Source of the DNA: Patescibacteria group bacterium | Lineage (GTDB): Bacteria; Patescibacteriota; WWE3; UBA101185; UBA10185 | Assembly: GCA_049322215.1 (NCBI GenBank) | Contig: JBMORU010000001.1 | Location: forward strand, 129,697 to 193,696 | Direction of reading: 5' to 3' | Length of the DNA: 64,000 nucleotides | Translations under genes and position numbers: made by a program | In this document: positions 56,996-64,000 of the stretch, piece after piece | How positions within the stretch are numbered: position 1 is the stretch's first letter | Layout: every line of letters starts with the position of its first letter | The notes under the pieces: model-generated | What the model was told of the DNA's origin: nothing | The model's input: only the letters and a program-made list of their open reading frames with translations | The model's database searches: none

Positions 56996-57052
56996 CGGAG
57001 GGTTTAGACTTGTTTAAAATCAAACTAACAAGCCTAACCCTCCCTTTTTTTA
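56996..57052 (+). terminator. rho-independent terminator
   Basis: GGAGGGTTTAG…CTAACCCTCC stem followed by T7. Confidence 0.7.
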
Positions 57053-57146
57053 TCTTAAACTTTTATATACATAAAAAAGGCATTGATTCCTAAAATTTTA
57101 TATAAAAATATACATAGTATTACTTAGTTAGCACGAGTGTTTATAG

Positions 57147-57175
57147 TTGCAATATATACCCTATAGTATTATAAT
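57147..57175 (+). promoter_or_regulatory. class B promoter, copy 2 of the duplicated promoter
   Basis: Near-identical to 56531-56578: TTGCAATATATACCCTATAGTATTATAATGTAGTTAGAGTCAAAT. Confidence 0.6.
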
Positions 57176-57225
57176 GTAGTTAGAGTCAAATTAACTCAGA
57201 AATCACAAATAAAATAGGAGACATC

Positions 57226-58041
57226 ATGTTAGTAACAAAAATTGTTGTACAGATCGTTTTGGTGATTGCAGCAGTATTAGCCTACAAAGGACGTTTGTTT
57301 TTGGAACGCCGCTTATGGGCAGAAGGATCTCGTTCGACCGGCGGTGGTGATTGGGGCGAACATCCTGCGAAAAAAGCTTCCTTTAACATTGCACGCCGCA
57401 TCCTCATTTTTGTGCCCTTTTTGGTAGCCATGATAAGCGTAGGAATGTGGTCACATCCCTATCTAACCGAAGAGAGCGAATTGAAATGGGAATTGGCTTA
57501 CTATAACGGCCATGGCCTGGATCTTACGGCACAGAAAGTTGAAGGTGACCCCTACCTGCTCTACGAAACATTCGGCGGTTTAGTAGAAAACAAATATGAT
57601 ACATTTTCAACGTTCCAGGATTTGTATTTGAGCCAATCAAACGTTATCATCTACGACAACCCGTTCGAAGTAGGCACACCAACGTTTGGCCCCAAAGATG
57701 CACGTGAAATTGACGCCAACATCAAAATGTATGGGAAGGCTAACTGGAAACGCATTGGTTTGCTCATCTGGTGGATAGAAAACAAAGCTGTAGTCAAGTT
57801 AGTGCGTGTGGATACAACTCAACATGAAGGTAATCAGTGGCCGACGGAAATTGTTAACACCACATTAAAAGAAACCGTGGTCGAAAACATTAACCGTGGT
57901 GATTCCTTCGTAGTCACGGTTTCGTTACCCGACGGTCGTGATCAGGACATTTTGTTTCATATGGGAGAGTTGCCGGACTTACATTTGTATACCCCAGCGT
58001 ACTCTCTGACCACGCCAACCTACACCGGAAACGATCGCTAA
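57226..58041 (+). CDS. signal-anchored extracytoplasmic protein (271 aa) with atypical GC-rich codon usage
   Basis: N-terminal TM; the promoter at 57147-57175 is a 48-bp duplicate of the one at 56531; terminator at 58049-58104. Confidence 0.6.
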   Translation: MLVTKIVVQIVLVIAAVLAYKGRLFLERRLWAEGSRSTGGGDWGEHPAKKASFNIARRILIFVPFLVAMISVGMWSHPYLTEESELKWELAYYNGHGLDLTAQKVEGDPYLLYETFGGLVENKYDTFSTFQDLYLSQSNVIIYDNPFEVGTPTFGPKDAREIDANIKMYGKANWKRIGLLIWWIENKAVVKLVRVDTTQHEGNQWPTEIVNTTLKETVVENINRGDSFVVTVSLPDGRDQDILFHMGELPDLHLYTPAYSLTTPTYTGNDR

Positions 58042-58048
58042 CACATAA

Positions 58049-58104
58049 GCCCGCTTGTTTTGACTTTAACTTTGTTAACTTCAAAACAGCGGGCATTTTT
58101 TTTC
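58049..58104 (+). terminator. rho-independent terminator
   Basis: CCCGCTTGTTTTGA…TCAAAACAGCGGG stem followed by T8. Confidence 0.75.
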
Positions 58105-58126
58105 TTTTGCATGATAAACTTTTATT

Positions 58127-59434
58127 ATGAGATTTCAGTATAAAGATACAGCCCAAGTTAAAGAAAACGAGATTATAGGTGAGGGTAAAAGAATTGCTGA
58201 ATATGTAAAACATCTAAATACTGTGGCCAACAGAAATAACTACCAAGACCCAGAAAGTTCAATAAATTTACCTTTTGATGAAAACATACTAAATGAAGTA
58301 CTAAATTTAAAAAAACAGCTAGTTTCTAACAAACTTAAGTATATTTTAAATATAGGTATTGGTGGATCAAATTTAGGCACAAAGGCAATTTATGATGCCA
58401 TATATGGCTACACAGATTTGTTAGAACCACAAAGATTTCCAAAAATAATATTTGCCGATACAACAGACGCTGATTATTTATCCCACATACAAAATTTTTT
58501 AAAAACGCAAATAAAATCCTCTGAAGAAATAATTGTAAACGCAATAAGTAAATCAGGGGGAACTACAGAAACAATAGCAAATTTAGAAATGCTCTTAGGC
58601 TTTATAGACAACTACAAAACCAGGCTGGTAATAACAACAGGGGAAAATTCTGAATTAATGGAAATAGCGCAAAACGAAAATATTGCTACATTATTCATTC
58701 CAAAAACTATTGGGGGTAGATACTCTGTTTTTTCTACTGTAGGTCTTTTTCCTTTAGCATGTGCAAATATTGATGTGTTAGGAGTTTTAGAAGGAGCTAT
58801 GCAAGCACGTGCAGAAGGACTAGAAGAAACCATACTAGAAAATCCAGCGTTAATTTCGGCAATTATAATTTATTTGCAATACAAAGATGGAAAAATAATT
58901 AATGACAATTTCTTTTTTCACCCTGAGTTAGAGTCTTTAGGAAAATGGTACAGACAGCTTATGGCAGAAAGCATAGGCAAAGAGCATGACCTAAATAAAA
59001 ATACTGTTTTTACAGGTATCACACCTACAGTATCTATTGGTTCTACAGATTTGCACTCTATGGGGCAGCTGTACTTAGGAGGTCCACGAAATAAACTATT
59101 TACACTTATACACGGCAGGCATGAAGATTCAAAACCTAAAATTCCAACAGAATTACCGTTGCCACTAACTGTAGTGGAATTAGAAGGCAAAAAAGCAAGC
59201 ACTATAATGGAAGCTATTTATGAAGGTGTCAAAATTGCATACAAAAAACAAGGATTGCCTTTCATGGAAGTACAGCTTAACAATATTGATGAAAATGCTT
59301 TGGGCTATTTTTTGCAGTTTAAAATGATAGAAATGATGTACCTAGGAAAGCTACTTAATGTGAATACGTTTGACCAACCAAATGTAGAGGATTACAAATT
59401 AGAAACAAGAAAAATCCTTCAGGAAGAAAACTAA
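58127..59434 (+). CDS. pgi: glucose-6-phosphate isomerase (short type)
   Basis: 'SKSGGTTET' and 'IGGRYSVFSTVG' PGI signatures. Confidence 0.85.
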   Translation: MRFQYKDTAQVKENEIIGEGKRIAEYVKHLNTVANRNNYQDPESSINLPFDENILNEVLNLKKQLVSNKLKYILNIGIGGSNLGTKAIYDAIYGYTDLLEPQRFPKIIFADTTDADYLSHIQNFLKTQIKSSEEIIVNAISKSGGTTETIANLEMLLGFIDNYKTRLVITTGENSELMEIAQNENIATLFIPKTIGGRYSVFSTVGLFPLACANIDVLGVLEGAMQARAEGLEETILENPALISAIIIYLQYKDGKIINDNFFFHPELESLGKWYRQLMAESIGKEHDLNKNTVFTGITPTVSIGSTDLHSMGQLYLGGPRNKLFTLIHGRHEDSKPKIPTELPLPLTVVELEGKKASTIMEAIYEGVKIAYKKQGLPFMEVQLNNIDENALGYFLQFKMIEMMYLGKLLNVNTFDQPNVEDYKLETRKILQEEN

Positions 59435-59444
59435 CACACATAGC

Positions 59445-59975
59445 TCATACCCCATCATTTTCTTTTAATAATTTCCTGACGGCATTTAGTAAAGATGCGT
59501 TTGACTTTATTTTTACCGACTTAATACCCACAAGTTCGCCACATAAAATGTCAGTGTCAGAGTCGCCAATTAAAAAGCTTTTCGTAATGTTTATGTTGTG
59601 TTCAAGTATAGCTTTAAAAAGCATGCCTGGGTTAGGCTTTCTGCAGTAGCATTTGTGTTCATGGTTATGTGGACAAATGTAATAGCTATCAATAACAATT
59701 CCATTTTCTGCTAAAACATTATCTAGACTTTTGTGAATATTATTTACAGTAGCGCTAGAAACCAAGTTTAATGCAATTCCCCGCTGATTAGTTATAACAA
59801 TTACTTTATAGCCCTTGGAATTTATTAATTTTATAGCATCTATAGTTGTAGGGAGTAGTTCAAATTCATTAAATGTTTTTACGTAATCATGTGGCTTGGG
59901 TTTTTTGTTTATAACGCCATCGCGATCTAAAAAAAATGCTTTATTCATATTGAGCACAGAATATATTAAAAACAT
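59445..59975 (-). CDS. HAD-IIIA phosphatase, D,D-heptose-1,7-bisphosphate phosphatase (GmhB)-like
   Basis: 'FLDRDGVIN' motif I and the Zn-finger 'CPHNHEHKCYCRKPNPGM'. Confidence 0.75.
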   Translation of the reverse strand: MFLIYSVLNMNKAFFLDRDGVINKKPKPHDYVKTFNEFELLPTTIDAIKLINSKGYKVIVITNQRGIALNLVSSATVNNIHKSLDNVLAENGIVIDSYYICPHNHEHKCYCRKPNPGMLFKAILEHNINITKSFLIGDSDTDILCGELVGIKSVKIKSNASLLNAVRKLLKENDGV

Positions 59976-60020
59976 CTAAAAAACCATAACGCTCAAAAAA
60001 TGCTATTATGATATTAAATT

Positions 60021-60827
60021 ATGTACGTTCTATTTGATGTAGGTGGCACTAAAACAAGAATAGCTGTATCTAAAAACGGTGAGGGTTTTGGTGAACCTAA
60101 AATTTTTTCTACCCCTCAAAGTTTTGACGAGGGAATTTCTTTAATAATCGGCGCAGGAAAAGAACTGCTTAACGGTGAAAGAGCCACAGTAGTAGCCGGG
60201 GGCATTGCAGGCCCATTAAATTTAAAAAAAACCAAACTAGTTAACTCCCCTAATTTACCTGGATGGATACAGAAACCATTACACAAAGAGCTTTTTAAGG
60301 CTTTTGGGGCTCCTGTATTTTTAGAAAATGATACTGCTTTAGTGGGTTTGGGTGAAACACACTACGGAAAAGGACAAGGGCATAAAATAGTTGTTTACAT
60401 GACCTTTAGCACAGGTGTGGGCGGGGCACGCTACGTAAATGGCAAAATTGATGCAAATACATTTGGGTTTGAACCAGGACATCAGTACATTGAAGGAACA
60501 AAAAAAGACTTGGACGCATTAGTATCGGGTAAAGGTATTGAAAGTATTTATGGCGTCACGCCTGAAAATATAACAGATGCTAGGATTTGGGAAGAAATTA
60601 CTGAAAAAATGGCAATAGGTGTACACAATACTTTAGTAATGTGGTCTCCAGAAATAATAATTCTTGGTGGGGGCTTAATACAGCATGCGGTTAAAATTGA
60701 AAGCATAAAAGCAGGTTTAGACAAAATTCTTAAAATATTTCCAAATTCACCTAAGCTAGAAGGTTGTGTTTTGGGAAGCACAGGGGGTTTATTTGGAGCG
60801 TTAGTTTTTGCGAAACAAAACTTATGA
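60021..60827 (+). CDS. ROK family sugar kinase (glucokinase-like; lacks the Zn Cys motif)
   Basis: 'LFDVGGTKTRIAV' and 'ENDTALVGLGE' ROK motifs. Confidence 0.65.
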   Translation: MYVLFDVGGTKTRIAVSKNGEGFGEPKIFSTPQSFDEGISLIIGAGKELLNGERATVVAGGIAGPLNLKKTKLVNSPNLPGWIQKPLHKELFKAFGAPVFLENDTALVGLGETHYGKGQGHKIVVYMTFSTGVGGARYVNGKIDANTFGFEPGHQYIEGTKKDLDALVSGKGIESIYGVTPENITDARIWEEITEKMAIGVHNTLVMWSPEIIILGGGLIQHAVKIESIKAGLDKILKIFPNSPKLEGCVLGSTGGLFGALVFAKQNL

Positions 60828-61468
60828 TAAATATTAATGAATTAAATTCAAGCAGCATAATAGATATTTCGCTGCCCATAGTTTCAGGAATGGCTAAATT
60901 TCCCCACAACCCGGAAGTTGAAATTGAAACACTTGAAACAGGGCACTCCCAGGTATCAAAAATTATAATGGGAACACATACTGGAACTCATATGGACGTT
61001 CCACGGCACCTTAGCAAATTGGGATTAAGTTTAGAACAAATACCTCTTGCCACGTTAATAGGATTATGCAGAGTAGTAGACTTTACAAGTTCTGAAAAAT
61101 ATATAAGCCTACAAGACGTAACAAGTAAAAAAATTCAACTAGGAGAACGAATTATTGCCAAAACTAAAAACTCCATAAGAGGCTACGATAAATTTTATGA
61201 AGACTATATATATTTACATGGAGATGCGGCTGCTTTTTTAGCAAATGTACATATAACCTTGTTTGGTATAGATTATTTATCCATAAACCAAAAAGGCAGT
61301 AAAGATAACAGACCCCATACAGAACTTTTAGGCAAAAACATACCAATTTTTGAGGGTTTAAACCTTAAAGATGTACCAGAAGGAAACTATACTTTTATAG
61401 GACTGCCCTTGAAACTAGTTGATATTGATGGTGCACCTAGTAGAGTTATACTTATAAAAAATGACTGA
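60824..61468 (+). CDS. cyclase family protein (kynurenine formamidase-like)
   Basis: 'HTGTHMDVPRH' metal-binding motif. The start was moved to the ATG (MININ…) that overlaps the glk stop. Confidence 0.65.
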   Translation: MININELNSSSIIDISLPIVSGMAKFPHNPEVEIETLETGHSQVSKIIMGTHTGTHMDVPRHLSKLGLSLEQIPLATLIGLCRVVDFTSSEKYISLQDVTSKKIQLGERIIAKTKNSIRGYDKFYEDYIYLHGDAAAFLANVHITLFGIDYLSINQKGSKDNRPHTELLGKNIPIFEGLNLKDVPEGNYTFIGLPLKLVDIDGAPSRVILIKND

Positions 61469-61838
61469 AAAATTTACAAAAAAAGTATTAATAGTTGAAG
61501 ACGATATTTTTTTAACTAATATTTATCGTCAACGTTTACAAGATGCTGGTTATATTGTAGAAGCAACACTAAACGGTGAAGAGTGCCTGGAAAGAATGAA
61601 ACTATTTAAACCAGACATAATACTACTCGACATAATAATGCCTAAAACCGATGGATTTGAAACATTAAAAGCAATAAAAGCTAACAAAGATCACAACACT
61701 ATACCAATAATAGTGGTTTCGAATCTTAGTGAGCGAGATGATATAGACAGAGCATATTCATTGGGAGCATCCGATTACATAATAAAAAGTGATGTACCAA
61801 TAGAGCACATAATACAACGTATACAAGAATTGTTTTAA
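61461..61838 (+). CDS. stand-alone response-regulator receiver domain (CheY-like)
   Basis: 'VLIVEDDIF…DIILLDIIMPKTDG…VVSNL…K' has the canonical DD/D/T/K residues. Confidence 0.7.
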   Translation: MTEKFTKKVLIVEDDIFLTNIYRQRLQDAGYIVEATLNGEECLERMKLFKPDIILLDIIMPKTDGFETLKAIKANKDHNTIPIIVVSNLSERDDIDRAYSLGASDYIIKSDVPIEHIIQRIQELF

Positions 61839-61844
61839 ACAAAA

Positions 61845-63440
61845 ATGCAGCTTCTCAATAAAGCATCTCTAAGAATAAAAAAGATTAATATTAAAATGTT
61901 TGTAATAACATTTGGGTTATTATTAATTGGAGCCATTTTTAGACTCAACGATATTAACTTTGGTTTACCACACAGTTTATACGCAGATGAACCCGAAATT
62001 GCAGAATTTGCAATTAAGTATACTTATGAATTAAGAAATATAGTTGGCAACGACAAATACTACGAATTAATACCCGTTTCTTTTGTTTATGGAACCTTCC
62101 CTACCTATGTTTTTACTATAGTTACAATGTTTTATAGTAAATTTAGTAATTTGTTAAATATATCGTTTGATAAAGAAGATATATATGTCTTTTTAAGAAC
62201 AACTAATGCATTACTAACTCTAGCAGTAATTCCACTTACAGCTCTTTTATATAAAAGTGTATTCAAAAAGAGAATGGGAATATACATAAGTCTGTTTTTA
62301 GCAGCACTAAACTGGAAACTAATAGTACATGCACACTATCTTAATCAGGACATTATTTTGACGTTATGCTTATTGGGAGCTTATATAGCAATGGTTCATT
62401 ATAACAATAAGCAAAATGATACCTTATACACAGTAGTTGCAGGCTTACTTTTTGGGCTAGCCGTAGGAACAAAAGTGACAGCATTATTAACACTACCTGT
62501 GCTTTTATATTTGTATTTTGTAAAAAAAGACTTAAAGGGTGCAATAGCATTTGTTTGTTTAACTTACGGAGCTTTTATACTTACGAATCCTTTTTCTGTA
62601 GCATTCTTTGACGATTTTCTATTTAGAGTTTACACATTGAGTGTAAAGGAAAATGGTTTGGTATTTGACTCAGTAGATTCAGATGTTTTTAAATACGTCA
62701 GAGCTTTGTTTTTAATTACTACGCCACTTGTAGCACTGTTTAGTTTATTTGGAATAGCAAAAATTCTAAAAAGAGGTATAGCCAAAACAAATAGCACGCA
62801 TCTCTTTTTGCTACTACACATAGTTATATACCTGGTGTTTTATTCAACAGGAAGCCGAAGAGTTGACAGGTGGTTACTGCCCATTTTACCAATAATGTTT
62901 GTATACGCTGCCTATGGAATTTCTTATTCCTACAGCAAATTGAACAAACTTTGGGCGCTAATGCTTACCGTGCTTTTACTAGGAAGCTACCTATACTTTC
63001 CTATGTTACTGTTAGTGCAATTTCAAAGAAACACGCCAAAGTCTGCTTCATACATTTGGGCAAAAGATAATTTAGAACCAGGAGCAAATAAATATGCAGT
63101 TACAGAAGAAGGCTTGGATCCTTTAAATAAACTACAAAGCACTACTGTTTATCACTATAAGGTTTATAGCAACGAGGGCGCTAGTTTGTCGTATCCCCAA
63201 GATCCGCTCGGTTATCACTATATAATTATTTCATCCCGACCGATGACAAATTTTAAAAGACCTGAGGTAAAACAAGCCTATCCAAATTACGTTGGGCGCT
63301 GGGAAGAATTTGAGCAAATAATTACAGATCCAACAAAGTTTGAACTTATAAAAAGCTTCGAACTTCCTAAGCCAAACCTAGTACCACTATCTGATGTACT
63401 TATTTACAAAAACTTAAACCCAATAGAACCTATTATTTAG
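61845..63440 (+). CDS. GT39/GT83-like (ArnT/PMT family) membrane glycosyltransferase
   Basis: 531 aa, polytopic, with a loop-1 'LYADEPEIAEF' DE motif and a C-terminal soluble domain. Confidence 0.6.
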   Translation: MQLLNKASLRIKKINIKMFVITFGLLLIGAIFRLNDINFGLPHSLYADEPEIAEFAIKYTYELRNIVGNDKYYELIPVSFVYGTFPTYVFTIVTMFYSKFSNLLNISFDKEDIYVFLRTTNALLTLAVIPLTALLYKSVFKKRMGIYISLFLAALNWKLIVHAHYLNQDIILTLCLLGAYIAMVHYNNKQNDTLYTVVAGLLFGLAVGTKVTALLTLPVLLYLYFVKKDLKGAIAFVCLTYGAFILTNPFSVAFFDDFLFRVYTLSVKENGLVFDSVDSDVFKYVRALFLITTPLVALFSLFGIAKILKRGIAKTNSTHLFLLLHIVIYLVFYSTGSRRVDRWLLPILPIMFVYAAYGISYSYSKLNKLWALMLTVLLLGSYLYFPMLLLVQFQRNTPKSASYIWAKDNLEPGANKYAVTEEGLDPLNKLQSTTVYHYKVYSNEGASLSYPQDPLGYHYIIISSRPMTNFKRPEVKQAYPNYVGRWEEFEQIITDPTKFELIKSFELPKPNLVPLSDVLIYKNLNPIEPII

Positions 63441-63457
63441 CTAAAGTTTAGTATTTA

Positions 63458-64000
63458 TTACAAGTAGTCTTTTAAGCGTTTGCTTCTTGATGGATGGCGC
63501 AATTTACGTAAGGCTTTTGCTTCTATTTGACGAATACGTTCTCTAGTAACACCAAACTCTTTTCCTACTTCTTCAAGTGTTCTAGAACGACCATCTTTTA
63601 AACCAAAACGCAATTCCAATACACGTCGCTCTCTAGGATTTAATGTTTCTAATACATCATCTAAATGACCTTTTAACAACTCATGGCTGGCCGAATCAAA
63701 TGGCGATAAGGTTATTTCATCTGGAATAAATTCTTTTAATCGGCTGTCTTCTTCTTTACCTACAGGAGTTTCAATCGAAGTTGTGTCTTGAGAAATTTTT
63801 TCTATTTCGTGAGCTTTGTCGGCATCAATTTCCATAACTTTTGCTACTTCTTCAGGTGTAGGAGGACGCTCAAGCTTTTGCTCAAGTTCACGAGCAATGC
63901 GCTTATATTTGTTAATGGTCTCAATCATATGTACAGGAATTCTTATAGTGCGCGCTTGGTCTGCAATTGCTCTTGTAATAGCCTGACGTATCCACCATGT
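63458..64000 (-). CDS. rpoD: RNA polymerase sigma-70 (RpoD/SigA), C-terminal regions 2.4-4.2; 5' part beyond the window
   Basis: The frame stays open to the window edge and encodes '[31 protein letters not shown]…[10 protein letters not shown]…TLEEVG…[18 protein letters not shown]'. Confidence 0.9.
   Translation of the reverse strand, partial: TWWIRQAITRAIADQARTIRIPVHMIETINKYKRIARELEQKLERPPTPEEVAKVMEIDADKAHEIEKISQDTTSIETPVGKEEDSRLKEFIPDEITLSPFDSASHELLKGHLDDVLETLNPRERRVLELRFGLKDGRSRTLEEVGKEFGVTRERIRQIEAKALRKLRHPSRSKRLKDYL

Noticed and set aside
1-64000. Looked for CRISPR arrays, tRNA/rRNA genes, transposases, integrases and RM systems
   Set aside because: No regularly spaced direct repeats, no cloverleaf-compatible segments (all intergenic gaps are under 240 bp and occupied by promoters or terminators), and no ORF with DDE, tyrosine-recombinase, methyltransferase or nuclease motifs that I could recognise.

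Overview
This is a low-GC bacterial chromosomal segment, read by eye only; no GC or codon statistics were computed. It carries sigma-70-type promoters, strong AAGGAGA-type ribosome-binding sites, and about 20 rho-independent terminators. The content looks like a reduced-genome, Patescibacteria/CPR-like organism, but that is an inference. Recognisable genes fall into three groups. (1) A cell-envelope glycosylation theme: a Ppm1/Dpm1-like GT2 directly upstream of a GT-C membrane glycosyltransferase, three further GT39/PMT-like paralogues, a GT1, an FkbM methyltransferase, and a DUF368 polyprenyl-phosphate transporter-like protein. (2) Sugar metabolism and scavenging: a GH1 beta-glucosidase, two secreted TIM-barrel hydrolase-like proteins, pgi, a transaldolase, a ROK glucokinase, a class II aldolase-family protein, and an Ldh_2 dehydrogenase. 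(3) An operon encoding a signal-anchored serine hydrolase, a 1969-aa LamG/tandem-repeat/FN3 surface protein, and a MacB/FtsX permease, divergent from an ABC ATPase. The C-terminal part of rpoD runs off the 3' edge. Interleaved are more than 40 small orphan ORFs of 60 to 200 aa, many membrane or secreted, that I do not recognise from sequence alone. They sit in monocistronic 'promoter – CATAAGGAGA – ORF – terminator' cassettes. More than 25 of these promoters carry a conserved CCC(T/C)ATAG(T/C) element, either fused to the 5' side of the -35 hexamer or sitting in the spacer next to the -10. Several of the genes driven by these promoters look GC-richer with E. coli-like codon choice, and one promoter is duplicated over 48 bp. 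That shared promoter element and the gene class it marks are the strongest candidate for something undescribed. No tRNA, rRNA, CRISPR array, transposase or integrase was seen. Motif, promoter and terminator coordinates are read by eye and may be off by 1-2 nt.
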